A stretch of 56,366 nucleotides of DNA from positions 1 through 56,366 of the IMG/VR virus record IMGVR_UViG_3300037840_000311. The stretch is one strand, 5' to 3'. The position numbers and the translations under genes were made by a program. Below the pieces are notes generated by a model. It was given only the letters and a program-made list of their open reading frames with translations, was not told the origin of the DNA and did not search any database. The stretch comes from a virus (taxonomy: Duplodnaviria; Caudoviricetes). Shown in pieces: positions 18,275 to 27,965 of the stretch (the stretch's first letter is position 1; each line of letters starts with the position of its first letter).

Positions 18275-18588
18275 TTTTGCACCTCACTGTCGGGAGTTTG
18301 CGGCAGCAGTTGGGATATCGACGTATTGGGGAGTTTATCTGCCACCATCCGCATGGCGTCTTTGAGTTGCTCCCCGAAGTCAGGGCGCTCGATTTCAGGC
18401 GGTTCTACTTCGTTTTCATCCATCCAATCGGCCCACACTGAAACCGCTTGGCGCGCGCGTTCCAACGCTTCCTCGGGAGATTTGTCCTGAGACAGGTACA
18501 TGCAGAACAGGCTCCAGGTTTCCTCAATGCGAAGATTGGCGCGCTGGGCGATTTTCAGGTGCTCTTGCTGTTCGGGTGTGAGATTCAT
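18271..18588 (-). CDS. Hypothetical protein
   Basis: GGAGG RBS, coupled. Confidence 0.7.
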   Translation of the reverse strand: MNLTPEQQEHLKIAQRANLRIEETWSLFCMYLSQDKSPEEALERARQAVSVWADWMDENEVEPPEIERPDFGEQLKDAMRMVADKLPNTSISQLLPQTPDSEVQK

Positions 18589-19100
18589 GCGGCCTCCATC
18601 GCTCGCTGAATTTCAGATAGCCATCCTTGTGCACGCTTTAGATTGCCTTCCAACTGGGGCCGCGTGTATTGAGCCAGGAACTCGCCGGAGCCTTCCGGTA
18701 ATTCGTCCAGCGCTTCAAGGGTGGCTTGGCATTGCTCCACGTCTCGCTGCGCTCGCTCCATGTCTTCGAGCGTTGGAACCTGACGGGGTACAGCCTCGGC
18801 ATGGGCGATACGTTCCAACTGCTCGGCTATTTCGCTTCCGAGTAGGAATTCGATGGCGGCGCAAATATCGGCCACGCCTTCGGGACGCTGAGCACTCAGG
18901 TGTGCATGTAATCCTCGCGAAAGTTGCTGAATGGCTTCTTGCTTGCGCTTCAAGCGTTCAATCCATCGCGGATCAGGTCCGCATGGTGGAAGCCGGTATG
19001 CGGGAATAAAGTCGCCGCGCCCTGATGAGTCTGGAGCGGGCGGTACTGGTGAAGCCAAACCATCATCCATTTTGTTTCTCCTGCTCTGCCATGATTGCAT
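18585..19100 (-). CDS. Helical hypothetical protein (start uncertain)
   Basis: Coupled ORF; coiled-coil pattern. Confidence 0.6.
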   Translation of the reverse strand: MQSWQSRRNKMDDGLASPVPPAPDSSGRGDFIPAYRLPPCGPDPRWIERLKRKQEAIQQLSRGLHAHLSAQRPEGVADICAAIEFLLGSEIAEQLERIAHAEAVPRQVPTLEDMERAQRDVEQCQATLEALDELPEGSGEFLAQYTRPQLEGNLKRAQGWLSEIQRAMEAA

Positions 19101-20805
19101 CGTAATTGAAAAACTCTACCAGAAATTGCCCAAAGGTCGAAAGCGGCGCTACCTTCTCCCAAAGCTTCGCGGTCTCCGGGCCTCTGCCAGGATGATTCAA
19201 AAGATTGCCTAGATTCGCCTTGAACGTCTCGAAATCATAAACCCCAGGCGACGTTTCTCCAAGAGACCGGATCATGTCGTATGCTGGACGGCGCTTCGTC
19301 TTGAGCACAATCTCGGCGAATTGCACACCGGTATCCCCATCATCGATACAGTTTGAGATCGTCTCGGCGGCCTTCTCCAAAGTTGTCAACATGAGGATAA
19401 GCCGGGCTTGCTGCGCTTGCTGCTCGGGCGTCAAGGGCGGGCCTTGTGGCTGAATCGGTTTACCGGGCTCGGGCGGGTTCTGCACGGCGGGAGGTTTCGG
19501 TTGCTCTCCGTTCTTCAGCAAAGCGTTATTGTACGCTACACTCTGCCAGGTTTGTAGCCCAAAGTGTATCGTCTGGAAAATCCCTTGCACGAAACTTTGC
19601 ACGATCGGACCCACGATGGGAGCGGCTTCGAGCCATTTGTCGATGTTCGCCGGCTTCTCTACTTCTTCGGTTGCGCCTCCGCGGCCAGTGAGTTGCTTGA
19701 GAAGGTTTTGTTTCTTTACCATCTCTTCCAAGACATCGACATCGGTACGAGGGGCGGGAACGGTTGCCGCGGCGGGCGGCGGCGCATCGGCTTTCTTGCG
19801 AAGATCGGCCAAAACCTCGGCCTGTAAATCGTCGGCGCGTTTTCGTTCGGCTTTTGCCGATTCTCGGGCGGCTTCGCGTTCGGCGGCCTCCTGAGCACGG
19901 CGCGTCTCTTCGCGGGCGGCTTCCAACTTCAGATAATCCGAGAGCGAATTGTCCGGGTTCGGCTTCACTGCATTAACCAGCGAAACGATTACGCCTCCCA
20001 TCGCTTCCAGGTCGGTAGTGGGGCGAACGGGCTCGATCGGTTTAGCGGCTTGAGCTCGGGCTAATGCTTCCTTGGCGTCCCTCGCTTCACGTTCGGCTTT
20101 CTCCGTCGCTTCTTTTTGTAACTGATCGGCGCGGGCGCGTTCCAGTCGCGCGTCATTCATCACGGTTTCGACTACATTGGCTTGAGCCATGTCGGCTTGT
20201 TCCTTTTCGGTATCCCGATCCTGCGGGAGTTTGCCTCTCGATTGCGCCCACTTGATGAAAACTCGATTCGCATCGTCATCCCAATCTAGCCGCTTATAAT
20301 CAAGCCAGGGCGGGTACACGTCCCAGTTCCGCATCGTGGAGAGTTTCTCTCCATGGACGACGGTAGCCTGATCCCATGGGCGGCGGGAGTCGTTCAGGCG
20401 AAACGTATAATCCCCCACGCCGATATCGGATAGCAGTTTTTTTTCATCCAGCGGGCCGTCCTCTTTGGTATACTTTTTTTCGCTGGGATGAGATTCACGA
20501 GTCAATCCGCTTTTCGCATCTTCGATCTCTTCAGGCAGGAGTACGGGGAACCATCGGCGGACGTAGATTCTGGCGTACTTGGAAACCGGTTGCTGAATCA
20601 AGTCGTTCCAGTAAGCGCAGAATTTTGGAAAGGGCAGAGTCTTAGAATCAGGGACGGGGAATGGGGTGCGGCTGATAATTGCGTCTTGCTCGCGTTGCGC
20701 GACAATGGCATCCCTGCCGCCTGTGCGGTCCCAGTCGTAGTGCTCAGTGGTTTTCAGGTCGATTCCATTGACCGGGGCGGGTTCCGGCGCGGGCTGGGTC
20801 TCCAT
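19063..20805 (-). CDS. Large protein with central coiled coil and a hydrophobic segment
   Basis: 580-aa ORF divergent from the protease gene. Confidence 0.85.
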   Translation of the reverse strand: METQPAPEPAPVNGIDLKTTEHYDWDRTGGRDAIVAQREQDAIISRTPFPVPDSKTLPFPKFCAYWNDLIQQPVSKYARIYVRRWFPVLLPEEIEDAKSGLTRESHPSEKKYTKEDGPLDEKKLLSDIGVGDYTFRLNDSRRPWDQATVVHGEKLSTMRNWDVYPPWLDYKRLDWDDDANRVFIKWAQSRGKLPQDRDTEKEQADMAQANVVETVMNDARLERARADQLQKEATEKAEREARDAKEALARAQAAKPIEPVRPTTDLEAMGGVIVSLVNAVKPNPDNSLSDYLKLEAAREETRRAQEAAEREAARESAKAERKRADDLQAEVLADLRKKADAPPPAAATVPAPRTDVDVLEEMVKKQNLLKQLTGRGGATEEVEKPANIDKWLEAAPIVGPIVQSFVQGIFQTIHFGLQTWQSVAYNNALLKNGEQPKPPAVQNPPEPGKPIQPQGPPLTPEQQAQQARLILMLTTLEKAAETISNCIDDGDTGVQFAEIVLKTKRRPAYDMIRSLGETSPGVYDFETFKANLGNLLNHPGRGPETAKLWEKVAPLSTFGQFLVEFFNYDAIMAEQEKQNG

Positions 20806-21021
20806 AGTGGAGTTTTCGGGATTTTGAGGCTGCTCGGGCTTGGGTTTTGCGGAGCGTTTCGGCTTCTTTTTCTCGGGTGTCGAGACTTCTGGCGTGATGG
20901 AAATCGGCGTAAACCTCCCGCTGAGAGCTATACCTAGTGGTGCTCAGTAGCACAATACCACAACTGCCCCATATATATAAATACTCCACTTTGCAACGGC
21001 TTGCGGAAAGTCTAGGATTAG

Positions 21022-21696
21022 GTGCGAACAATTGTGAACCTCAGAGCCTACCACCCGGAGCTTGGAGAGCAGGTCTACGGCGTCCATTTGCTGTCAGACG
21101 ACCCGGATACCCAGGTAGCGCAGACCATCCACCGCATGGCTCAGAACGTCCGGGAGGACGCGAAGTCAGCTCCTATCCTTAATGAAGCGGCGGCGATTCA
21201 AGCTTTAGGCTCAGGGGATCCGGTCTCCGATACCTTCTGGCACGTCAAGAATCGGGTAGGCTTCCGGCAGGATGAGCAATTGGCGGCTCCGGTTCTGCCA
21301 TTGCTTCAGCAATACGATCCTGGCGCGAGCGTGGTTGAAGTCCTTGTACGGCCGCGGGACCTGGCGCAGATGCCGAACCCGATGGAAGACTGCGACGGTT
21401 TTGCATCCTACATGCCGGCATTGCTTCGAGCTCAGGGCGTGAAGTGCAACTTCGTCACGGTCGCGGCCGATGGGCGGGATACGTCGCGATTCTCCCACGT
21501 GTACGCAGCTTGCTATCCGAATGGGCAGCGAGTTTCCTTGGATGCTTCGCACGGACCTTACCCGGGATGGGAATGTTTAAGCGCTGGACCTGTCTGGAGA
21601 ATTAAAGAGTGGGATATCGATGCTGTGGACTGGGGTCAGGTTGTTCTGTGGGGACTGTTTTTATTTGCAGCCGGTAAGTTGATGGGGATTTTATGA
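21022..21696 (+). CDS. Transglutaminase-like (Cys-His-Asp) protease, putative maturation protease
   Basis: EDCDG ... FSHVY ... SLDAS; C-terminal TM; first gene of the late region. Confidence 0.8.
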   Translation: MRTIVNLRAYHPELGEQVYGVHLLSDDPDTQVAQTIHRMAQNVREDAKSAPILNEAAAIQALGSGDPVSDTFWHVKNRVGFRQDEQLAAPVLPLLQQYDPGASVVEVLVRPRDLAQMPNPMEDCDGFASYMPALLRAQGVKCNFVTVAADGRDTSRFSHVYAACYPNGQRVSLDASHGPYPGWECLSAGPVWRIKEWDIDAVDWGQVVLWGLFLFAAGKLMGIL

Positions 21697-21896
21697 AGCG
21701 GCTTTTTGGTTGGGCTCTTCTGTGTTGGCGACTCCATGCAAGCTTGCGCGCGGCGAGAATCGCGATCGGTGAGGCGGGGCGTCAACCAATTAGAATCCGG
21801 CCCGCGGTTCGACTTCCCCGGTTTCAGGGCGCCCACATGCCGGAAGCCTTCATTGAACAGGTGAACGGCGGTTTATCCAAAAGGACCCACGCGTGA
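21693..21896 (+). CDS. Linker ORF over a left/right element with ~70-nt filler
   Basis: MKRLFGWAL...VNGGLS; 4-nt overlaps at both ends. Confidence 0.55.
   Translation: MKRLFGWALLCWRLHASLRAARIAIGEAGRQPIRIRPAVRLPRFQGAHMPEAFIEQVNGGLSKRTHA
21703..21882. repeat. Left+right element with short insert
   Basis: TTGGGCTC...GCGCGG and ...CAGGTGAACGGCGGTTTATCCAAAA. Confidence 0.85.
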
Positions 21897-22249
21897 GAGT
21901 TGATACCCCATTCCCGGATCGTCCACTCATGCCACCCTTAACCGGAGGAATGGGAGACTTCACACTCTCCAACGGTCAAGCGTGCGATCCAGGGCTCATG
22001 GGGCCAGTGCTCTGCCAGGATACCACGGTGAGAATCATCAACGCGATCGCGGCTGGTACAGCAACGGCGGCGCAGATCGCGGCCGGCAACAGTCTGGGAG
22101 TATCCAGCGCGAATTGTCCACTGGGCACGATCTACAATCCCGCAACACTGAGTTGTCAGCCAGGCGTTACAGCGACGGCTTCTGCAAACAGCGGAATGAT
22201 TCTCCTGTTGATAGCCGGGGCGGTTGTGTACTTCATGATGAGGCGATGA
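21893..22249 (+). CDS. Tail-anchored putative virion membrane protein
   Basis: TGGMGD motif; C-terminal TM then MMRR. Confidence 0.75.
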   Translation: MRVDTPFPDRPLMPPLTGGMGDFTLSNGQACDPGLMGPVLCQDTTVRIINAIAAGTATAAQIAAGNSLGVSSANCPLGTIYNPATLSCQPGVTATASANSGMILLLIAGAVVYFMMRR

Positions 22250-22252
22250 ACG

Positions 22253-22582
22253 ATGGCGAAGTCATGGGACGGTTGGACGCTACGGGCACGGGTTAGAGGA
22301 ATGAGATCAGCACGAGAAACAGCAGGGCGGCATCGCTCATATGGCGATGCGGTGCGGATCACGAAAATGAGTGGCGATTGGTATGGGGTTTATTCCAAAA
22401 CCACTAAGCGATCAAAGCCATATGGTCCGCCGGGATCGAATCCTCGGAAGCGGAAGCGGCACGCGAAACACCGGAAGAATCCTCGGCAACTTCTATTTCG
22501 CACGGCCAAAGCAGCTCGGGCCTACGCAAAGGCTCACGGCGCTAAGAAGTTCTCGGTTCGAAAGTTGAAAAGGGGCAAATGA
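22253..22582 (+). CDS. Basic Asn-Pro-punctuated putative core protein
   Basis: NPRQLLFRTAKAARAYAKAHGAKKFSVRK; paralogous to 40084..40371. Confidence 0.75.
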   Translation: MAKSWDGWTLRARVRGMRSARETAGRHRSYGDAVRITKMSGDWYGVYSKTTKRSKPYGPPGSNPRKRKRHAKHRKNPRQLLFRTAKAARAYAKAHGAKKFSVRKLKRGK

Positions 22583-23286
22583 CTCCAGCGCAACATAGAG
22601 CGGGTGAAGCCTTCATGCACCGGGGATACTTCGGCATGCAAGGGCTCGGCATCACGTCCCAGCAGATTACCTCGACCGTGGGCGGCTCGCTGATGGCTTC
22701 GGCTGGCGTCGTGGCGCTGATACCAGGCGGCCAACTTCCCGCGGCGATCATCGCGGCAGTGGGAGCGCTTACCAATCTGATCGGCGGATTGTTTAAACCG
22801 GACATTACCAAGATCCAGGCGTCCCAGATCGTAGACCAGATCGAAGCGCAGACGTTGAAACCCATGCGCGTTAGTTGGCAGGCGTTGCCGGCGAATCAGA
22901 AAACCGTGAGCATGCAAGCTCACTACTTGAACGTGTTCGATCAGGCATGGTCCGCGGTCATGCAAGGTTGCTCGAATCCGGCGCTCGGCAGCGCAGGGCA
23001 GAATTGCATCGGTGATCGGCAGCGAGGGGCTTGTCACTACACCCAGACGGGGCAGACTCCGGGAGCTCCACCGAACTGTGGGAACTGGTTCGTTTGGTAT
23101 CGGGACCCGATAGCGAATGACCCGAACGTGATTCCCGATCCTGTAGCGGGAGTTTCAACGGCTCCGGGCTCGGTGACGGGCGCGATCGATTCCACGGTAT
23201 CAAGCGTGTCGCAAGCGCTCGGCGGTATCTCTCCGCTGTGGATTGGTCTCGGGATTATCGTAGCGGCCTTCATGGTGAGCGACTGA
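22579..23286 (+). CDS. Putative virion membrane protein
   Basis: MQGLG motif; N- and C-terminal hydrophobic segments. Confidence 0.8.
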   Translation: MTPAQHRAGEAFMHRGYFGMQGLGITSQQITSTVGGSLMASAGVVALIPGGQLPAAIIAAVGALTNLIGGLFKPDITKIQASQIVDQIEAQTLKPMRVSWQALPANQKTVSMQAHYLNVFDQAWSAVMQGCSNPALGSAGQNCIGDRQRGACHYTQTGQTPGAPPNCGNWFVWYRDPIANDPNVIPDPVAGVSTAPGSVTGAIDSTVSSVSQALGGISPLWIGLGIIVAAFMVSD

Positions 23287-24239
23287 TGGAATTGAACCTC
23301 AGACCTCCGGTATACCGATTCCATCCGTTGATGAGACCGCGGCGCGGTTTCGCCGGCATGGGCGCCGATCCGGGCGTCAATGCAACTACGATCTGGACAC
23401 CTTCAGGAGGATGGACGGGCGGCGGTGGAGCGGCGGTGTATCAGGCTCCCAGCGTTCCTCCGCTGCCGGCGTGTACGCAGGATACCCAACCAGGCGGCGC
23501 GGCATTTTCCCAAGCGTGCATCGATGCGTTGCAAAAACGGCAACAGGGGATTTTTCAAGCGAACAACAATGCGAATTTCCAGGTGGACTATACCAACTGC
23601 GTCAACCAAGGCCTCGACCCTTCGGTATGCGCCTCGCGAACCTACGGCCTGACTCCCGCAGGTGGGTACACGTCGGATGCTGGCGCAGGACCGGCCGGGT
23701 CGCAACTGATCCTTGACGCCAACGGTAATCCAGTACCTCCAGCGGGATCGAATCCACCGGCTCCGCATCCTCCAACTCCGGGGAGTGGAACCGTTCTCGC
23801 GTTCACAAACCTGACCTCTGGCGACAATACGAATTTCAAAGTAGGCGACCGCTGGCAAATCAAAATCACCGGCGCGGCGCCGAATGCTCCGGTTACGGTT
23901 TCCGGGGGTATGGCTGGCGGAAATACGTTTGCAAGCCAAGGGATGACTAATCAGGGAACGACCGATTCAGCGGGCAACTTCACGATGAACGGTCAGATGA
24001 CCCAAGGGCAGATCGGGAGTTGGTCGGAGTCCTGGAGCGTGGCGGGGGCTCCTATCGCGTCTTTCACGTTCAACGTTTCGGCGGGATCAACGGGCGGCGG
24101 TCAGTCCACACAGACCTCAACCTCTACAAGCGTCTTCGGCACGCTGCCCGGAGGTTCTGTTTTGATCGGCGGGACGAGCGTTCCTTGGCTTGCGATTGGG
24201 GCTGGTGTGGTGGTTTTGTTTTTGATGATGAGGCGATAA
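23286..24239 (+). CDS. Tail-anchored putative virion protein with an Ig-like beta region
   Basis: FAGMG motif; C-terminal TM then MMRR. Confidence 0.8.
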   Translation: MELNLRPPVYRFHPLMRPRRGFAGMGADPGVNATTIWTPSGGWTGGGGAAVYQAPSVPPLPACTQDTQPGGAAFSQACIDALQKRQQGIFQANNNANFQVDYTNCVNQGLDPSVCASRTYGLTPAGGYTSDAGAGPAGSQLILDANGNPVPPAGSNPPAPHPPTPGSGTVLAFTNLTSGDNTNFKVGDRWQIKITGAAPNAPVTVSGGMAGGNTFASQGMTNQGTTDSAGNFTMNGQMTQGQIGSWSESWSVAGAPIASFTFNVSAGSTGGGQSTQTSTSTSVFGTLPGGSVLIGGTSVPWLAIGAGVVVLFLMMRR

Positions 24240-24637
24240 TGAAAGGCTTATTGTTTGGGCTGATCTGTCGGCGTCTGGTCCGTGCTTGCCAGGGCGCGGC
24301 GATGTTTTATGCGGTCTGTGTGTGTTGCACATTCTCCCAAGGGGCATTTTGTTCCAGGGCATCCGCAACGGTGGCAGCCGTCGAAACGAAACCCTGCCAC
24401 GTTTGGACACGTGCGAGGGCAGGGAGTCCCGCCGTAAATTCCCATGACGTGGCAAACGCAATCGCACAAGCCGGACCGACTAGCGGGAGTCGCAAACAAT
24501 TCGCCGATAAAATCGAGCAGTCCCATCGAAACGCGCTTTGTTTGGGTCGTGGCCGTCCTTACCATACCCCCAGCCCTGACGTAAGTCCCTTTACCGCTGG
24601 TTTGGCCGCGACCGAATCAGCTTGGAGTTTAGCATGA
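24239..24637 (+). CDS. Linker ORF over a left site and antisense cargo
   Basis: TAATG start overlap; ATGA stop overlap. Confidence 0.5.
   Translation: MKGLLFGLICRRLVRACQGAAMFYAVCVCCTFSQGAFCSRASATVAAVETKPCHVWTRARAGSPAVNSHDVANAIAQAGPTSGSRKQFADKIEQSHRNALCLGRGRPYHTPSPDVSPFTAGLAATESAWSLA
24248..24526 (-). CDS. Antisense cargo, Cys-rich protein
   Basis: Many Cys; ends through the left site (DQPKQ*). Confidence 0.6.
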   Translation of the reverse strand: MGLLDFIGELFATPASRSGLCDCVCHVMGIYGGTPCPRTCPNVAGFRFDGCHRCGCPGTKCPLGECATHTDRIKHRRALASTDQTPTDQPKQ

Positions 24638-24819
24638 ATTTCACAGGCTTAGGCAGTTGTCCAACAGGTCAGACCGATTCGAATGGCGTTTGCATCGCTG
24701 GTAATGTTCCGCCTTGGCCCGTTTTGTGCTTTTCAAATCCTTCAGCCGTTGGCGGGTTTAACTGCGGCTTGCTCTATCTCGGGATTGCCGTGGTTTTGTT
24801 TTTGATGATGAGGAAGTGA
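24634..24819 (+). CDS. Small tail-anchored protein
   Basis: FTGLG motif; TM then MMRK. Confidence 0.7.
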   Translation: MNFTGLGSCPTGQTDSNGVCIAGNVPPWPVLCFSNPSAVGGFNCGLLYLGIAVVLFLMMRK

Positions 24820-24989
24820 ACTTGTGGGAATTGCGCGTTTGCGATGTCTGTTTGTTGCTCGATCAGGATTCGACTCCGAAGCCTTGTCTATTTTGCCCAA
24901 GTTGTCAGGCGTGGATTTGTCAGCAGGATCAGGGAGACATGGTGAGACGAGCAAAAGCAATGTTCAAGCGACAGTGGGGTACGGAATGA
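24816..24989 (+). CDS. Small zinc-finger-like protein
   Basis: CDVC...CLFCPSCQAWIC; coupled at both ends. Confidence 0.6.
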   Translation: MNLWELRVCDVCLLLDQDSTPKPCLFCPSCQAWICQQDQGDMVRRAKAMFKRQWGTE

Positions 24990-25363
24990 AACGCTTATTG
25001 TTTGGGCTCGACAGCGGGCGCAGGCTTGGTGCTTGCGGGCGCGCGGTGAAGGACCACTTCGAGGTTCCCGTATGCATCCGCGAAAAACCCGCTGAGCGTT
25101 TCCTGGCCTTCCTCCGGGAAACAATCTCTCAGGCATTGAGCGTTGAAAAAATAACTCTCCAGAATATCCACGTCGAGAGGCTTGCCTTCGATGGCTCTGG
25201 ATATGATTTGGTGGGCCCGGCTCAGAAGATCAAGGGCTTCTTCGAGTGCATGGACCGCTTTATCAGGCTCAATCGTCATACATCCTCCGCGCGCTCACAA
25301 GCCATCATAGCCCAACTGGTGAACGGCGGTTTACCCCAAGAAACGAAAAGGAGCTTCGCATGA
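24986..25363 (+). CDS. Linker ORF over a loaded element
   Basis: MKRLLFGL...VNGGLP; ATGA overlaps at both ends. Confidence 0.5.
   Translation: MKRLLFGLDSGRRLGACGRAVKDHFEVPVCIREKPAERFLAFLRETISQALSVEKITLQNIHVERLAFDGSGYDLVGPAQKIKGFFECMDRFIRLNRHTSSARSQAIIAQLVNGGLPQETKRSFA
24995..25279 (-). CDS. Antisense cargo, helical protein
   Basis: GGAGG RBS on minus strand; ends through the left site (VEPKQ*). Confidence 0.7.
   Translation of the reverse strand: MTIEPDKAVHALEEALDLLSRAHQIISRAIEGKPLDVDILESYFFNAQCLRDCFPEEGQETLSGFFADAYGNLEVVLHRAPASTKPAPAVEPKQ
24998..25340. mobile_element. Loaded element with one antisense gene
   Basis: Canonical left (24998-25048) and right (25285-25340) half-sites. Confidence 0.8.
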
Positions 25364-26052
25364 GCCTAGGAGTCGTACGTTACTGCACACCGGAAGGCGG
25401 TTCAGGTTTCATTCCGAACTCGTCGCTTCCTTGGCTCTCGTCCTTTAACATTACTCAACAGGCTCCGGTTTACGATCAGTATCCAGGATGGCTGAGGGAT
25501 GCTCTTCCGGGAAGCTACACCAACTACTCGCGCTTCGGACCTCCCTACTCGATGGATGGGGGAGTGCTTCCGCCTTACTACGTTGATGAAACCGGGCAAC
25601 CCGTCCCAGTTCCGACGAGCTGCGGGATGGGCGCGGTCGATCCGGGACAATTTGAAGCGCAGTACGGCCATCCGGAACCGGACGCATCGACCTGCGTACA
25701 AATCCAGTGCGGGGCGATTTCCCAAACCCAAGCCGGGATGCAACTGATTGTCGATTGCGCCAACGCCGGGTACTCCGGGGTCCGTTCGTGTTTCGATCCG
25801 GCATGCTCTCCCTGGAGGTCTCGAATCCCAGGATGTTCGTTAGCGCCCAACGCTCCGTCGCCCGTGCTCTTGCGTTCCGATGTTGTGGCGCCCATGCCGT
25901 CGATTACCACCACAGCGCGAGGCGGGTGTCAGCAGCAATCGCGGCCGGCGTGTCCTTCGCCTCTGGCTAGTTGGCTTCAATCGAATCCGCTGCTTGCTTT
26001 GGGATTAGCGATTGCAGCCGGGGCCATTTTATTTGGAGGTGGCAAGAAGTGA
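25360..26052 (+). CDS. Cys-rich tail-anchored putative virion protein
   Basis: SCGMG motif; C-terminal TM then GGKK. Confidence 0.8.
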   Translation: MSLGVVRYCTPEGGSGFIPNSSLPWLSSFNITQQAPVYDQYPGWLRDALPGSYTNYSRFGPPYSMDGGVLPPYYVDETGQPVPVPTSCGMGAVDPGQFEAQYGHPEPDASTCVQIQCGAISQTQAGMQLIVDCANAGYSGVRSCFDPACSPWRSRIPGCSLAPNAPSPVLLRSDVVAPMPSITTTARGGCQQQSRPACPSPLASWLQSNPLLALGLAIAAGAILFGGGKK

Positions 26053-26774
26053 ACTCCAAAGACCTCATCAAATACGGACTGCTCGCGTTGGGAGCGTACC
26101 TGATTTGGAAGTACGTTCAAGATCACGGCGGCATTTCGGGATTATTCGGAACCACCGCGGCAGCGGGAACTACTGGTTTGAATGCAAACGGTACAGCCGT
26201 GCTGAATCAGGTTCTTGGGCAACTCCATATCAGTCCATCCGTAGCCGCCTCGCTGAACCTGACATCAAGCCAGATCGCCTTATTAAATTCAACGACCATA
26301 CCTACAGGGCAAGTTCCGGGTCCTGGGTTTCTTTCAGAGTTGGCATTCACGCCAGCACAAATGTCGATACTCAGCGGCGCTCCCTATATTGGGCCTGTCG
26401 GCGGAACGCTACCCGTGGGCAGCACGATTCCTTCAACGCCAGTGTCCACGCCGCCTCCGTTCACCACTCCGACTCCCGCGCCAATCGTACAGCCAGTTAC
26501 GCTTGCCCCCACCGTCTCCCAAAAGATGCTCGCAGCGGCAGGAACAAACAGCCTGAACATGGATCAATGGTGCTTCTATTACTCGGCGGCCACGGGGAAC
26601 GGTTGCCCGGTCGATCCGGGCTCGATCGATCCGAGCGTTTACGCCGGCGCGGGAATCGTGGACCGTACCACACCGACCGATGTCGGAACATGGATCGCAA
26701 TCATGCAAAACCAAGCGCCTCAGTTGGGCTTGATGGGACTTGGGGCGCGTTTCACTCCGGCTTGGCTCATGTGA
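26049..26774 (+). CDS. N-terminally anchored putative virion protein
   Basis: N-terminal TM; LMGLG near the C-terminus. Confidence 0.8.
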   Translation: MNSKDLIKYGLLALGAYLIWKYVQDHGGISGLFGTTAAAGTTGLNANGTAVLNQVLGQLHISPSVAASLNLTSSQIALLNSTTIPTGQVPGPGFLSELAFTPAQMSILSGAPYIGPVGGTLPVGSTIPSTPVSTPPPFTTPTPAPIVQPVTLAPTVSQKMLAAAGTNSLNMDQWCFYYSAATGNGCPVDPGSIDPSVYAGAGIVDRTTPTDVGTWIAIMQNQAPQLGLMGLGARFTPAWLM

Positions 26775-26781
26775 GGATGCG

Positions 26782-27396
26782 ATGGAACTAGCTCTCAGAC
26801 GCGCTTACGGATACGCTTTCGGATCTCCGCTACTTCATTCCCACTACGGAATGCGAGGATTGGGAGATACTGTCAGCGATCTGATAGCCGCTGGCGTGAA
26901 CCCCATTGACGCGCAAGCCTACGCGCCTCAGATCAACATGGACCCGTCACCAATTGGAACCACGCTGGCCCCACCGGAGTTAAGCCTTTATGCGCAATTG
27001 GTCCAGCAGGGAGTGAATCCGATTGACGCGCAGGTATACGACCCGACAGGAGCGGCTGCGGCGGGCTACATTCCAGGATCGGCAACCTCGCCGTCAACCT
27101 CGACCAGCACTGCGGGAGCGATTACGGCGGCGTCACAAATCGCGGCGGCACTGAGTCGCGCGCTGGCGCCTACTCCTGGAATCTTCGGAGGAACGCCAAC
27201 CAGTTGCCCAGCGGGGTACGTTTACGGAGCTCCGGGGGCTTCAGTCGCCATCGCGCCTGGTGTAGCGACCGTGGGCACGGGGAAATGCTTACCGAGCACG
27301 GTACCAGCGGGGATCATTCCGGGAGTCTCGAATACGACTCTTGGCATTGCGGTGTTTGCCGTGATTGTTCTGATGATGATGGGGAAAAAGCGGTGA
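26782..27396 (+). CDS. Tail-anchored putative virion protein
   Basis: MRGLG motif; GVNPIDAQ twice; TM then MMMGKKR. Confidence 0.8.
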   Translation: MELALRRAYGYAFGSPLLHSHYGMRGLGDTVSDLIAAGVNPIDAQAYAPQINMDPSPIGTTLAPPELSLYAQLVQQGVNPIDAQVYDPTGAAAAGYIPGSATSPSTSTSTAGAITAASQIAAALSRALAPTPGIFGGTPTSCPAGYVYGAPGASVAIAPGVATVGTGKCLPSTVPAGIIPGVSNTTLGIAVFAVIVLMMMGKKR

Positions 27397-27400
27397 AGGG

Positions 27401-27510
27401 TTTTGGGCTCGACAATTCGGAGCGGGTTCGGAATGCTCAGGGCGCGGCGGCTGTCTCCGCGCTTCCACGGGCTGAAAACCTTCGACCAATGGTGAACGGC
27501 GGTTTATCCC
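27401..27510. repeat. Empty element (left + CGGCTGTCT + right)
   Basis: ~110-bp imperfect palindrome covered by linker ORF 27393..27515. Confidence 0.92.
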
Positions 27511-27511
27511 T

Positions 27512-27730
27512 ATGAGCAAAACCGTACAAAAACAAGGCCGTCTCGATCATCTCGCCAAAGGAGTGCTTAACAAGTTGCTCAAGGAAATAGGCAACCCGGA
27601 AATGCGGTTCACGTGCAAACTTCTGGAGGAAGAAATAGACGAGACCCTGGAAGAGAATTTAGGACCGGGTACCCAAGTTCACAAAGTAGGGCAGAGAATT
27701 CTCCGGGCGATCAATAGGGGAGACCGCTGA
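27512..27730 (+). CDS. Small hypothetical protein
   Basis: Coupled at both ends. Confidence 0.6.
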   Translation: MSKTVQKQGRLDHLAKGVLNKLLKEIGNPEMRFTCKLLEEEIDETLEENLGPGTQVHKVGQRILRAINRGDR

Positions 27731-27738
27731 TGGTTTCT

Positions 27739-27933
27739 TTATTGTTTGGGCTCATCTGTCGGTTGCGAGTCCGTGCTTGCCATTGCGCGGCGGCTGAGTT
27801 CTTCGCCGATCAGTTCTCTCAGGCGTCGTCCTCCATCCTGTTTTGCAAAGTGAATGAGAATAGTTGCCTGATCGCGGCTAAAACCCTGACTCATAAGTTC
27901 ACGCACTTCAGGGCTAAGCCGCTCTTCTTCCAT
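27739..27933 (-). CDS. Antisense cargo protein under linker ORF 27730..27966
   Basis: Ends through left site 27742-27794 (DEPKQ*). Confidence 0.6.
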   Translation of the reverse strand: MEEERLSPEVRELMSQGFSRDQATILIHFAKQDGGRRLRELIGEELSRRAMASTDSQPTDEPKQ

Positions 27934-27965
27934 GAATTCAGTCTAACTCACCGGGGGATTGCCTG

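Noticed and set aside
25310-25340. VNGGL as a conserved protein motif
   Set aside because: The same DNA is read in other frames (30522, 36514), on the opposite strand (618, 17489) or is partly non-coding (7251), so conservation is at nucleotide level.
27401-27510. Classical integron attC sites
   Set aside because: No RYYYAAC...GTTRRRY ends and no IntI; cargo lies inside the palindrome rather than between successive sites.
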